A DNA stretch of 63,193 nt, filler included, from Rhabdomonas costata (lineage: Eukaryota), in the NCBI GenBank assembly GCA_019059605.1. It is 48 parts of 48 records of this genome, joined end to end, with 100 filler letters (N's around TTAATTAATTAA, not from the genome) between each part and the next. Parts side by side here need not be neighbours in the genome. Positions count along the whole stretch, not along the records: positions 35,612 to 36,831 come from JAHMHO010023155.1; positions 36,932 to 38,148 come from JAHMHO010023156.1; positions 38,249 to 39,466 come from JAHMHO010023157.1; positions 39,567 to 40,784 come from JAHMHO010023158.1; positions 40,885 to 42,101 come from JAHMHO010023159.1; positions 42,202 to 43,419 come from JAHMHO010023160.1; positions 43,520 to 44,740 come from JAHMHO010023161.1; positions 44,841 to 46,058 come from JAHMHO010023162.1; 40 more parts are not named here. One strand, 5' to 3'. The notes under the pieces are model-generated. The model was given only the letters and a program-made list of their open reading frames with translations, did no database searches and was not told the DNA's origin. Of the stretch, positions 35,643 to 49,600 are shown in pieces (positions within the stretch are counted from its first letter, which is position 1; each line of letters begins with the position of its first letter). Position numbers and translations under genes: made by a program.

Positions 35643-37750
35643 AGGCCCCGTGGTGGAAAAACGGCATAAAGGTACACGGGAAAGGAGGCACACAACTAGA
35701 GGAAACCGGATTTTACAGAGGGGCCCTGCACAACGTGGCCGGAAGGCGCTACCACGACCAAAGGGGCCAACGCATGCGCGGTGTGGCTCGGAAAACCCGC
35801 CGGCGGTGTTTTTGTGGATGCGCATGTAATCATTGGTCCAACCGGATTCTCCGGATGGGTGAACGGCGGCGTTCAGGATAGGCGCCGTGGAAATGGCGTG
35901 CCTTGCTCCCAGCGCAACGGGGGCCAAGGGGTGTGTATGAGATGCCCGGGCACCTCGACCAACACCCCCAAGGGTGTATTGTGAAAGCTGGGTTGCTTTA
36001 TGTTTCCTCTATGCTCTTTCCACAGATTTTGTACCAGATGCGGGGGCATGAAACAGGGGCGGTGAAGCGGAGTCGGGTGGAACGAAAGTGAGGTGGCTTA
36101 GATGGTGGTGGGGCGCTTGCACGTTGTACTTCTGACCGTGGTGCTTCCAAATGAAAAAAAATCTGTCCAGAGACGTGCCGGGGAACAACAGGGCGGTTTA
36201 GGAAGCCATTGCTGGCAAAAAGAAGGGACCACCAGACGGAAAGTAACTAGGGGAATGTGGGGAAGAGCAGCGGAAAACGGGCACGAGGAAATACCTGTCC
36301 AATCCTCAGAATTGGTCGGGCATGCGCGGTAACAATGGAGGCTGGAACCGTCGAATTTCTGCATGGAGATAGGTACGCCAGTAGGTGTGGTACAGCCACT
36401 ACAGCCGCTACAGCCAGAATCGAGGATGTCGTATATGTCGAGTATGGTTCCTGGACCTCTACTGGGACGTACAGAAATTGCTCGGGTCTCATTCCAAGAA
36501 TTCGTGGTGTTGCTCAACGACAGGTGTAATCATCAACTCAATGAGGGATACATAGGCTTCAAACTCCTTCGGCTTGCGCTTGGATTTGACTTTCTGCATG
36601 GGGTGGTAGCGCAGTGGCAACTCGAATATGTCAGCAAGCACATCGCTGCCACACTGCAGAACAGACAAACTGGTCCGAGGTAGTTCTCCTCCGAAGGCAT
36701 ATTTTACAAACCGAACGCAAAACCGCCCCAATCTGAGGTGCTTGAATTACAAACCATTGGTAACGTACGCCAAGATGCGGTGATTTCGATGTGGGGCTAG
36801 CCTTGGGATGCACCACCGCCACCCCCACCACNNNNNNNNNNNNNNNNNNNNNNNNNNNNNNNNNNNNNNNNNNNNTTAATTAATTAANNNNNNNNNNNNN
36901 NNNNNNNNNNNNNNNNNNNNNNNNNNNNNNNCCCTCTCGTTCACTTCCGTTGGGCGTTGGGGAACGTGATGGAAGCTCCATTGCATTCTCTGCATTCCTG
37001 CTCGTTGTTTTCTTTTTGCAAACCGTTGAGCCCTCGTATGACTCCATTTTTCACAGCCGCAGAGGATGGCTGTCGGTAGTGATCAGTGTGCAAATTGGAT
37101 CCTCATTCCTTTCGCTCTTTCGTTCTTTTTGTTCATATTTTGAAAACACGAAAGTCACGGTAGCAGTGAATGTCGTCGTCCAATGGTCCACGTGACAGCA
37201 AAACCGAGAAGAGAGAGAAGTCTGAAGGGCTTGTTCATGTCATCACTGAGGCGCTGTTAAGCACTGGCTTATTTTCTTCGCAGGATTCAACGGGCATTCT
37301 GCCTCAATGATAGTGGCAGTGTGTGTGGCACGTTTCACCTCAAAAGGGAGAATTTTTGGGACACAAACAAAACAAAAACTACGAAGAAAAATGCACGCCG
37401 TATGCGCATCCTTTTTCAGTTCTCATCACACATACAAGCAGCCCATAACTTGTAAGCAAGGAAAAGCAGCAAGGAAAAAGGGCAAACTGCGGCACTCAAT
37501 CTACCTTTAAAGCCCACAACAGAAAATTTTCACACGTTGAAGGCACACTTAGACAATACAGATAGAGAATGCAATTTCTCCCTCCAAACCTCTGTGAATC
37601 AAATGATGGTTTTTCGGAAGCGTTTTTCCCACCTCACAGTTTCGAGGTGAAAGGTAACATTTTGGCTCGTCGGTATCTGCTCGCCCTTCTGCAGATGTTA
37701 GGCTCTGCCCGTCTTGAAGGCTATCACCACTCTTTCTGCGCCCACCACAG

Positions 37751-38081
37751 GTCATCGATCAGGTGGAAAGGCTGTGCCAGAAACGCGCCCTGGCGGCGTA
37801 CCGCCTGGACCCCTCCGTGTGGGGGGTCAACGTGCAGCCCTACAGCGGCAGCCCGGCGAACTTCAGCGCCTATACGGCCGTGCTGCAGCCTGGGGGGCGG
37901 CTGATGGGCCTGGACCTGCCGCACGGCGGGCACCTCACCCACGGCTTCTACACAGAGAAGCGGAAGGTCTCGGCCAGCTCAATCTACTTTAACTCCATGC
38001 CCTACCGTCTGAACGCCGAGGGGTGCGGCGCTGATGATGGACATGGCCCACATCAGTGGCCTGGTGGCAGCCCAGGAGCAG
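37751..38081 (+). CDS. SHMT: Serine hydroxymethyltransferase, eukaryotic type, internal fragment with an apparent deletion and frameshift near 38022
   Basis: [14 protein letters not shown]...[15 protein letters not shown]...[19 protein letters not shown]...[16 protein letters not shown], followed in another frame by [17 protein letters not shown]. Confidence 0.97.
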
Positions 38082-41000
38082 GTCCTCACGCGGATTTCCG
38101 AGATATCCCACCGGGACCTCCCTTGTGTGCACCGGTTTCCATTAGATGNNNNNNNNNNNNNNNNNNNNNNNNNNNNNNNNNNNNNNNNNNNNTTAATTAA
38201 TTAANNNNNNNNNNNNNNNNNNNNNNNNNNNNNNNNNNNNNNNNNNNNGGTGTTGGGCGTGTTTGGGTTGGTGGGGACTCGGGTTGGTGGGGGGCTTCAG
38301 CGCTCGGACTAACGCTGAGATCAACAGTTTTGCCAGCCGCGGTGCTGCCCGGCCTCGTCCCTAGATTACTCAAAAAAAATGCCATTGTTTCAATGGGATT
38401 ACCGCAAAGAGGCCCTCTGAGTTTTCAAGTGTTGGGTTCTGTTCCATGCATTCAGCGCAAAAGTTCGTGTATCGCTGGCATTTCTTCCAGCTCTACCCGG
38501 CGGGGAGGCACGGCCATCTTTGGTGGGCTCCAGGGCAGGGCTTCCGCAGAAACCTGAACGCTCACCTTCCCCTGTGCTCAGGTGCGGGGGTGAGAGTGCA
38601 GTGGTATTGTTTGCTGCCATCAGAGCGACATTGCATGGGCAGCAGAAGCCCGTCCTTCATTGACCCTCTTTCGGAACTCGAGTTTACTCGACTTTTTGAG
38701 AACTTTTTAGTTGTAGTGTGTGGACAAGCAACGTCCGCCCAACTCTTCCGAAACTTTTGCACCCCTTGGATTCGATATAGCACCCACGTTCGTTGATCAG
38801 TGATGGAGCTGAACCATCTTCTTTTGTTGTGAAGATTCGCGGTACGAATGTGTGAGCTGTCGTGAGCCTGGGTTTTTCGCCTTTTCGGCCGTCAGCCTAG
38901 CGCATTCTGTCTTTGGTGTGCTTTCCAGGTATCTGTTTTCGAGAAGAAGCTTGAGCCCTGATCGAGGTGTGTCTGGTGTATCCCCTACCACCACCACCTT
39001 GTTCACACCAGCACCCAGATTACCGGCATCGCTTTGTATGGCTCACGCCACGCCGAAACCCGGTCACAGCTACAACTCGAGAAAGCCATTTGTGACAGTG
39101 AGCATTGCAGTGACCTCCATTTTATTTGGGGTGGTGGAAGACTGCTGTTGTTTGATTCTCACCTTCTTCGTGTTTCGGTGTTCCAGCTCGGTGTTCCTCG
39201 CCTGCGCTGCCCTCCCGAGGAGGTGCCCTGCCGCTGACCAGTAGGCTGCAAACCGCAGGCTTGTGCGTGCTTGGGCTGTCTTTTCCTCTGTGATTGCTTG
39301 CAGCGTCCATTTTGTGTCCTTGCAGTGGGAGGGCAGCAACCACCCAAAAACCTGCCAGAATGGGTTTGCAAAGGGACTTACGAAGGCTGTGTGCATACTA
39401 ACAGAATAAAGGGATCCTAAAAGGCAAAAAAATAATTCTGTTAGTATGCACACAACCCCCCCAACCNNNNNNNNNNNNNNNNNNNNNNNNNNNNNNNNNN
39501 NNNNNNNNNNTTAATTAATTAANNNNNNNNNNNNNNNNNNNNNNNNNNNNNNNNNNNNNNNNNNNNTATGGCCATAGTAGTTTACAGCAGTGTGGTAAGA
39601 CACTGTTGTATGGCCACGGCACCGTAGTGCATCCGCGTATCCATCAACGTAGAGGCATAGTTACCACATTAGTAGTGTAGCCGTGTGTGTGTGTGCTAAT
39701 CTCAGTGTCAGGGTTACGCGTAGTAGTAGTTGTTGTTGTTCAATGATCCCATACGCTATGTTCCAACATGACAATGTGGTGGATCGGACAAATTACGTGC
39801 CTTATCCGACTTCCCCGCGTATCCAACTCGATCCGATCCCTTGCGTTGTCCAGCCCGACAAAACTTTCTCTTTGTGAGCGCTGTTAAACCACCTAGATGA
39901 GGAGACTTTCTTTACACCTGGTTTGCCACCTCCTCGCTCGCTCTCTCTTCTCTGCTTCTTTCTGGATCCTCTTGCCTGTTTGGTAACTCAAGCGTGTCGG
40001 CGGCCTTGTTATTGATGGTATTCTTTGTCTCGCTGGTATGCCTTCGTTCTCATTCTGGATCATTATGAAAACAAACTAGGACAAAACTCTCCTCTATAAA
40101 CTCGCTCGATAAATGCTTCGCTCATCCACATCTCTTAATCTCATCCGCTGCCTTTTTCTGGTCTAATCAGCTCTATAATAAACGCCTTATCTCGTTGACA
40201 TCTTCATTGCTTGAATCCTTCTCTTCAACTCTCTAATGACACTGCTAATCTTTTATTTTTTGGACTGTTCCTATTCTATAGCACACATACGCGACTTCTC
40301 TCTATCTCTGTTGGCACACCTACGCGATCTGGATCGTGACACTCCACCGGCAAATCACACCTATCCTATCTTGTCAATGAGGTAATACTGACTAATTTTG
40401 TGTGAACAAGCCGCACAGATAGGTGAACAAAAACGTTTGACAAAAAAGCGGCAATACGCAGGAGCCGAAGCACAGAAGCACAAAAGAGGCTTCTAGGATA
40501 TGCACGCGAGCAAAAGATGAAACTGGAGGCAGAAGGCACAGGGAGGGCATAAAATGGAGACGCTTGGCAATGATAAAAACATGGGGGTATGTAACATGTA
40601 TCTCGCCAAGGCGCTGGCGGCAAAGAAAGGCCAAAGATTACCACAGCATTGCACGTGTAGAACACACAAAGAAGCAAATATATAAAGCAAATCAAAGAAT
40701 CTCATAAAACCTTGCATGCCATGATGGTGCAAAAGTTTTTACAATGTGGGCGCACGCCCCAAAACAACCCACACACACCCAACANNNNNNNNNNNNNNNN
40801 NNNNNNNNNNNNNNNNNNNNNNNNNNNNTTAATTAATTAANNNNNNNNNNNNNNNNNNNNNNNNNNNNNNNNNNNNNNNNNNNNGTTTGTTATTTGTGTG
40901 GTGGGTTAGGTAAACTTTGCCATTGCTCCCTAATGTGTGGTTTTAAATAGCACCTCAAAAAACCTGCTGGACAAGCTCTAGCCCATCATGGATGTGTGGG

Positions 41001-41546
41001 CAGAGTAGTGGAAGTGGGCTGGCGATGTGGCGGCGAACGTGACCTTTAACGACTTTAGGTGAGTAAAGTTCGATTGAAGAATCATTACCCGGGCGGAGCT
41101 GCCAACCGCGTAAAAAAAAAAAACAAGCACCCGTGAGAGCTTCCCACCTCTTGGGGGTGTTGAGAATGCTCATTAACGGAGTATTCGTTCGTTCGTTCGG
41201 TAATTCAACAAAACACCTGGCCGGCCGCAGTCTGTTTGTGGGGTTTGACCTGAACGGTGGAGGCAAGGTCCACCGCTTGGTGGAAGAAGCGGTGGACTTA
41301 TTCAAAGATTGTTGGTTTTTGTCCGCAAGGGAAGGGGATAAAAGACCTTTGCGTATCTGGTCCTAACCTAAGTTTCAGGCAGACAACAGCGTCCTTCGTG
41401 CGGGCATTGCATGAATTGAAAGACGACTCAACGCCGACCGCACTGCGAAAGAATGAACGCCCCTTTCTTCCATGCCTCAACTTTACGGACAATTTTCCTG
41501 GGTTGATACCCCTGCATTGCAGTTGTTGTTTTGTTTTCTCAAACGA

Positions 41547-41864
41547 ATGAGTTCTCGTACGTTGGCAGCCACTGCTCCTCGCCTTCCGCCGCGTGTCGCG
41601 CGGCCACTGAGCACCTTTATCATGCTCGTTCATGTGGGTACCCTTTCAGCGGCAGTTGCGCTGGGCTGCCTTTCCCAAACCCCTGCCGAGGCCCTACGGT
41701 GGATTCTGGTTCTTGGGTATGGCCCACTTGGGATTCTCTCAGGCATTCGGCACATCCTTTGTCATGGGGCGATGCAGCCGGTTTGTTTCTGGGTGCCCAG
41801 CCCTGCGTTTGAGGCTGAAGTTGGGGCGGCGAACGCCGCTTTTGGAGTAATGTGCTTTGTGCAA
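41547..41864 (+). CDS. Membrane protein resembling a bacterial DUF6790-like family (probable first exon)
   Basis: Hydrophobic helices followed by GPLGILSGIRHIL...FWVPSPAFEAEVGAANAAFGVM, recalling the motif H...GW...spFQxEVGxANLxxG. Family assignment is from memory only. Confidence 0.45.
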
Positions 41865-43521
41865 GTTCCACCTTTTCACTCAACACCGCACTTGCGACGT
41901 ACGGGGTTCTGACGAAACACAGTGTGACCACAAAATAGCCCGGCAAGCAAAACCACCCACATTCATAAAAAGAGAGAAAACCTTCATGTCCTCAATGTGA
42001 GCTTGGACGTCTCGGGGTCGAGAACCCTCGTCCTCTGTTGCAGACGGCTCCGGCGTTGCTGCAATCGACCGACGAAGCTGGCCAAGCTGGTACCCCAGCT
42101 TNNNNNNNNNNNNNNNNNNNNNNNNNNNNNNNNNNNNNNNNNNNNTTAATTAATTAANNNNNNNNNNNNNNNNNNNNNNNNNNNNNNNNNNNNNNNNNNN
42201 NGGGTGTGTGTCCAATGTGTGGTCTGTGAAACATAGTTCTGCGGTGAGGCTTTTGAACTTTCGCAATTTGCGCACTTAGCGGATCAATTTTGGAGTACCG
42301 CACCATTACATTTGGGGGGTCTTCATCTAAAGGTCGATTCATTGTTTCTTTTCAAACGTTCCTACCGATCATTAATCTACTATTTAATATATTACCGGAA
42401 TGTCCCAAAGGTTATGACAGCTTTATCCGAAACACTGAAATCCAGCTGTTGCTGTGGATTGTTCTCCTTTGTTGTCAAAAACGCAGGGATCAGCAAGTTT
42501 AAAAGCGTAGTCCTAACGTCGGGACGTTCGATTGGTAAAGCGTCAAGGATAACATCTTCAAACTTGGGCCGCTCATGAGAAACCACCCGCACCACCCGCA
42601 GTATAACGTAATCTGGTGGCCTCCGACAATGCGCGTTAACCGCCTCAACCACCGCCCGCATCCACGTGCGCCGTTACCTGCAAGGATGCGTTGTTTTCAA
42701 TGCCGGAGCGGGGTGGTTTGTGCACAGCTCCGTGGTGCTTAGCGTGGTTCGTTGTAAGCTCCGAACGTGGTGCGTGGGCTACGTGGCGTGGTACACAAAC
42801 CGAAAATGTGTTCCGCTCAGTCTGTCACGACATGTTGGTGTTGGGGTTGTTCCCGCCAATGACCTGCTAACATTCTGACAGTCTAATTGTTTGTTTGTGT
42901 ATGTGAGCCTGACGGTTTTGTTAAGTTTGCATAACACTTGATTCACACCATCGCACAGAACTCACGAGGTCCAGACTATGGAACACACCATGACAGAAAG
43001 GTTCAGGTACAGCACGGCAGGCACAGTGGTGCCATAAAATACAAACTGAAACTCAAGAAACCCACGGCACAGTGAGGTACCAACGTTTTCGCCCCTCTTG
43101 ATTGCTTGAGATGTCAGTCCATTCCATGGCGTCTTGAACCCGCCTCATGGCCAGTGCCAGCATAACCTTCTGAGCAATGACGCAGCCTCCGAGCGAACCC
43201 GTCCACAGCTCTGAGGGCAGTGAGGCCTTGCCTTCTCCTGTGCGGTGCGGTGACCCAGCACTCCCATCTTCACCACTCCGATCCTCAGTCAAACACGGCC
43301 CACATTGACCTGGGCTCGCATTAGCTCAAAGGCAGGCGTGCTTGCCGTGACGGCCGCTCGGACAGCGAGGGGAAGAGAGTCCGTGGGGTGCAGGCGGGCC
43401 CCTGAGGACACCCCACCCCNNNNNNNNNNNNNNNNNNNNNNNNNNNNNNNNNNNNNNNNNNNNTTAATTAATTAANNNNNNNNNNNNNNNNNNNNNNNNN
43501 NNNNNNNNNNNNNNNNNNNGT

Positions 43522-44729
43522 GGTTGTTGGTGAACTCCCAGATGAACGAGTCCGAGGAGGGCGCGGTGCGGTGGGCCATCAGCAGCTCCCCGGTGCGGAA
43601 CCCCAGGTAGTAGTCCTGCGCAATGGGCATCAGGGGCAGCCCCAAGAACAGCTGCTGGCGCAGCTCCACGGGGTACACACTTCCTAGGGAAACCCCACCT
43701 GCCCCCCACACCCAAGGAGGACTCGTCAACCGAAAACTGGGATCCGAGAATGTTTGGCGGCCTGCGTACCGTGTTTTTTTTCTGATGCAGAATCCCATCT
43801 TCGAGGGTGAGCAGACCTCTTTAGGTTTTTTTGGCAATGACGACACACTACTTGGCGTCTCGACAATATTCCCACTGAATTCGGCATAATGTCTGACACT
43901 TCGTTGTACTTGTGTCCTGGAAAGGTGAGTTGCAGATCATCCTTCGAGGCCAGTTGCCCTTTTCTGCTGTCCGAAAAAGTTTGCCTTTTCTGCTGTACCG
44001 GAGTTGCAGTGGAGGTTGAGAATTTGTGGGTGTGCATTCCTGATACCAGAATGACTAAACTGCCTAAATTGGCGGTGTTATAGCACGAAGCAAACAGGGG
44101 CAGCAAAAAGAGCTGATGGGTCTTCGCACGGCAAATTTTCTGAAATCGGAATTCAGCTGCGCAAAACAAAGAATATGCCATTCCAGCCAAGAATGAACAC
44201 AGGTATTTTCGGGTGGAGCTCCGCAGTGGGTACCAAACAAAAGCATTTTCGCTGCGGTGTGGCCTGCAGTGAGGAATTTGCCAGAATGTCCGGAGAAAGG
44301 CAGCAGGCAGCATGGGAAAGGCCCCGGTTATGAGCAAGTTCGCAAGCTTGGCACTCGGTTGCCATCCGTCGTCAATAAGCCCCCACATAAGCACTCACTT
44401 GTTCCCCGTGGCACACTACCAGCGAACAAAAGATGATACCATGACAGGCAGATCTACCCCATCTTTGCTCGTCCGTCCAAAAAAGCATGAGAAGGTGTAC
44501 CCGGGGTTGCAGTGGTCGCTTGCATGCCCAGCAGCTTCGTCATCGTCGCCACCTGCCCCAGCGTGCCCGCCACCTTGCTCTCCACCGCCAGGAAGCCCAG
44601 CTCCCGGTAGCTCACTGCCACCGTGTCCATCGCCTGCCCGCTTCGTGTGTACACCAGGAAGTACGTCAGCACCCCCACCGCCACAAGCGAGACCACGGAC
44701 AGCACCCCAACCAGCACCCACAGCGGAAC
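43522..44729 (-). CDS. Receptor N-terminus: transmembrane helix plus Cache-like ectodomain, as in receptor cyclases or kinases (exons 44729-44501 and 43683-contig end)
   Basis: An in-frame GT-AG intron at 44500-43684 joins the TM helix VPLWVLVGVLSVVSLVAVGVLTYFLVY and a long helix to LRQQLFLGLPLMPIAQDYYLGFRTGELLMAHR, which resembles the Cache motif Y.G...GEF. Confidence 0.65.
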
Positions 44730-45057
44730 CTGAGCACACANNNNNNNNNNNNNNNNNNNNNNNNNNNNNNNNNNNNNNNNNNNNTTAATTAATTAANNNN
44801 NNNNNNNNNNNNNNNNNNNNNNNNNNNNNNNNNNNNNNNNATCCTCGTTGGCCGCCTCCTGCATCTCCGTTCCCCTTTTGCTCTCGCAGCCTTGATGATG
44901 TTGAGGTTTTGGATGAAAAGAGGTGATGAAGTTGAAGTTTACACCAATCTTCCTCACAAAATTGGAATATGCTCCTCGCTCGTGGTTTTTGGTGCTCTTG
45001 GTAGGCTACTGGTGGGGCCAGCGCCTTTTCTTTCTCTGTCTCCATCCCCACCTGCAG

Positions 45058-45742
45058 GTGGTTGAGATGTGGAAGGATGAGAATAACCCGTACTTTGTGG
45101 CTCCCAAGGGCACCACTCTGGACGTCTTCACAGTCCGGCACTACGCCGGCCTGGTGCAGTACTCCACCCCGGGCTGGGTAGTCAAGGTGCGAGTGCACTT
45201 GCTCTCCCGGATCCCCCCTTCCCCACCACCCACGGGTTTCCTGGGGCACACGGCCTCTGAGGAATGTGGTGTTCCGTTCGAAGTGGAGTTTCTTCTTGAT
45301 ACCACACTACGGCTCCTCCCCGGCAACAGGTAGTGCGCCAGGACACAAATTCGGCGCTGCTGCTTTTTGCTTACACCCATATCCACTGATCCACCTTCAT
45401 CCACTCTTCTGGGTTATACACTGTGCGGGAATCATTGGTTTCCTTGCGCCCGTGTGCAGCCCTCCGGGTATCAGAGTTCCCCCTAAGTAGAGTCTCGGTG
45501 CGTCGCATCGCATTCAAGAACCGCTCAGGGCAGCGGAGAAGTCGACTCCAGCCGCAGTACCCGGGCCATGGGCAGAGTTGAGGTGTGGGCATGGATGGGT
45601 TGGGTTCCAGAACTGCGACCCCCTCAGCGTGGACGTGGCCCATGCCGTGACCTCCAGCTCGGAGACCTTCATTGCCCGCCTCTCCGCGTTTGTGGAGACC
45701 CTCCAAGTGGAGGCTCAAGCCCAGGCTCAGGCCCAGGCCCAG
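45058..45742 (+). CDS. Myosin motor domain fragment (exons 45058-45186 and 45611-~45742; end of second exon ambiguous)
   Basis: A phase-0 GT-AG intron at 45187-45610 gives NPYFVAPK...FTVRHYAGLVQYSTPGWVVK|NCDPLSVDVAHAVTSSSETFIARL, matching FxIxHYAGxVxY...KNxDxL. Confidence 0.93.
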
Positions 45743-46544
45743 GCACTCAACGGAAGAGAAAGAAAAGGGAAGAGAAGGCAATCAAGGGAAGCGTGAGGTT
45801 CTGTGGGTGGAGGTGGAGGTGGTGGGGTAAGGGGATCGGCTCATACCAGACATTAATCCCTTAGTCACTGAGCGCGGTGAAAGTGAAGCTTGTGGTTGCC
45901 ATTTTTCTCTCTCCAGCATCGTTCTCCTCCCTTCTCTCTCTCCGTCTGTTTTGCGAGCCACAAGTGGTGTTGATGCGAATGCTGCGGCTCCCATCCCTAT
46001 GCCTGTGTTCTGGTGTATAAAAGCCAATCTTCCTTACCGAACAGCCCTCCCCAACACANNNNNNNNNNNNNNNNNNNNNNNNNNNNNNNNNNNNNNNNNN
46101 NNTTAATTAATTAANNNNNNNNNNNNNNNNNNNNNNNNNNNNNNNNNNNNNNNNNNNNTGTGTTGGGGTTTTGGTTTGTTTGTGTATTTGTTCCACGTGT
46201 TCGCATCTTCTTCGAGTTCCACCGCGGTCCCTTCCCTTTCCACTATTTTGTGTTTCTTGTGAGTCCTCACTCCTCCTGCACCTCTGCCCCTTCTGCTCAT
46301 TGTTTACCCACACAACCGTACCCTTGTGCTTTAGCGACAGTGTTGCTGCCGTGTACATTCTGTGTGCATCCACTTTGTGCTTTGTGCCGGTTCACTTTTG
46401 CACCCCCGTTTGTTCGGGTATGCCGTCGTTATTTTTACTCTTGTAAAAAAGGAGTTTCCCTTCCACAGCGCTGGAGGTTACCTCCTTCCAGACACAAAAA
46501 CTAGGGAAACAGCAACTCTGAAACTTTTGATTGCAAGTGAGTCA

Positions 46545-46682
<138 letters not shown>

Positions 46683-49600
46683 TCACAGAGTGGGCAGTTA
46701 CTTGCGGTTGTGGAAAATGGGGCAGGAGGCTTCGTCGATGGCGACCATCGAATCGGGACTCAGCCGAGATATAACACCTGTGGATCAGTGGGTGAAGGTT
46801 TGTCGACTATTTCTGTGTAAAATTACTTGGGAAAATCCTTTGAGCAAAATTTTGAAAAGACGTGAAAAGCCCTTTTTTTTTGCTGGGTTATGTTTCTCCA
46901 AACAATTAAGACAGGCAGTGACGTGGGGAAGAAGTTTGCAGGTGGCACCAAAATTTAGGGGAAGCTTCAGTGACCTTTTAAAAGACTTTTTGTCAGTTTT
47001 CTCGAAAACTTCCGTTTTGCCCGAGAACAAAGAATGAGCAACCACACAGTGAGAGACACCCGAAGTGCTTTGGGGACGAGCAAAACTGAATATAAATCAC
47101 CTTCAAGAGCAAAGGCATGCCCGCACAAGCGTTGTGCCGACGGTTCATATCCTGCGCGAAGCTTGCAAGCTTCGCTGTCCATCGGGACGCCCCGAACGCC
47201 CCTACGACTCCTGGTCTGCCTGTCTCTATTTACTCTCCCCAGTCAGGGCGGTAGTGTGGAGGCGGACTAGTCTTTCCAGAATCCCCACGCTGAAGTCTCC
47301 GTCGAAGTTTCAATGTATCTGTGAGTCACTTGCTGCGTGGGGATTCTGGAAAGACTAGTCCGCCTCCACACCCCCCNNNNNNNNNNNNNNNNNNNNNNNN
47401 NNNNNNNNNNNNNNNNNNNNTTAATTAATTAANNNNNNNNNNNNNNNNNNNNNNNNNNNNNNNNNNNNNNNNNNNNGTGGGGGGGTGTCACCAAAACACC
47501 AGCGGTTGTGGAAAACAAAATGTCAAATGATGACTCTCCGTGGACCAAAAACAATAAAACCACAACAAGGATTACACCTGTGCCAGAAAACAAGAAATTT
47601 TAAAAACTTGTGGATAGTAACGACTCCACTCACTTTACGAACTATGGCTTTCAGCAGTTTTTAAACCATTAAACCAACTCGCAACACAAGAGATGTGCTG
47701 CCCAGTTGACCAAGTCCACCACTTAGTCTTCCAACTCAACTTTGCGCTCCATGTAAGTTCGCGAAGTGTAACGCTGACAAGGCGGACCGACTATTTACAT
47801 CTCTTTTTGTTGCGCGAAATTCAGCTGCTATTTCATAAGAATTCTGTGCTCCAGGCTCACGACCGATATGCTGCCGGGCCGCTCACATGTGCGTTCAGAA
47901 AAATCTGTACTCTGTGGCGCAAAAAGCCATCCATAGGTGATTGTTCGCAATGTGGACGAAAACGTGAGTTGTAGACTTAGGCAGCGTAACTTCCGTGGCG
48001 TGCGTGCTAATAATTGGGTTTTTGGACTCCCTACCACGGCGTACGTTGGGCAGTAAGCATCCGAGCCTAACAATGGGCTGAGTTGGTTCAGTTTGACGAC
48101 GTGGAATTGGCATCCAAGGCTCTGGCCAAAATGTTTGTGTCGGCGATCGTGAAGTTCTAGGAAATAAAAATGGCTACCACCCCGGTGCCTGCCGTCTGTT
48201 CCCAGCGTTTTCCACAACAACCAACTCCAGCGCACCGTTTGGTATGAGGTTTCCTTGTTGCCGTCGCGCTTTGGCTTTCTGTGGTTCGGTTTCATCTGGG
48301 CCGTTTTTCTTTCCCTTCCCCCTGTTCGGCATATCCATTTTTACCCCACCTGAAAGATCAATCTTTGGTTGTATTACCCAGTCTGTGGCTTGAGTTCATG
48401 GAACCCTTTCCGTGCTCACGCTTGCTTTTGGCGTTTCCGGGCGTTCTGGGAAGATTGTTCAGGAACCTCTCACGCCGTTCGTCCCGTTCAAGGCGCGGCC
48501 TACTGTTTTGGCCTAGAACACGGAGCTGGGCCAAAACAATCACATTGTCTTCGGCCCTGCTTTTGAACAGTCATGTGATGCCTTCCGTCATTTTTGAGGG
48601 TCTTTTTTTTTACTGAAGCTTGCCCGTCCCTGCGTTTCCCACAGCCGGCTTTTTCTTAATCTTCTTGATCAAAACAACCAACCACACCCAACACNNNNNN
48701 NNNNNNNNNNNNNNNNNNNNNNNNNNNNNNNNNNNNNNTTAATTAATTAANNNNNNNNNNNNNNNNNNNNNNNNNNNNNNNNNNNNNNNNNNNNTTTTTT
48801 GTGGCAAAGCATGGCATTGTGGAAATGTTGAACGGAACTGCAGCAGTAAGAGTGACAGAATGATATTACGCAGCACGAAACTCCTCCACAGTGCGTTGGA
48901 GTGCGTGATAATCAGGATGAATTCTGGATTACGAGTAAACTGCTTGCACTTACTCACCAATCAGAGTTTTGCGTGCGCTAATGACTTGAGACATTCGATC
49001 CATTATGCCACCTGGATGTCCTTCAGCATGGCAAGCACTAATAAATGTGTAAAGTCAATGACTGCGAAATGTTTTATAAGTCACGTAGCCATATGTGCAA
49101 GGTAGTAAGTGACCATGTCGGAAGTAATGATATTGTTCACAACTATAAAATCTGATGTCTTTACCCAAACTGTGTTAATTGTTCGCGATCAATCCATACG
49201 TAGTTATTACGTGGGCTTCGTGATCCATTGTTGCAGAACAGCAGACACACTACTGAAAAGCCGCCAAGCCAAAACAAGCAAGTGTTGCAAGTATAGCACG
49301 TTCACGTGCAACACACTTTATAGTAAAAGCCTGAAATGAGTAAACAAATACTACGGTCTCAACAGTCGGCATAAAATTCCGAGCAGATTATTTTCAGTCC
49401 ACATCCATTTGTGCAAAGTGCTGCCAGCTAAAACCTGCGTCCAGCCACTTCCCTACGTTAGAGCTCCCACAAGTACTGCGGTATTTCCTGGTTAACGTCA
49501 CCGATCAAAGCAGCAGAGATATAGTTGACAAGAAAAGCATTATCAAAGCGCAGGTACTCAACTAAGATGCCGCAGACTCATGCAGAGTCATGTGTTATCC

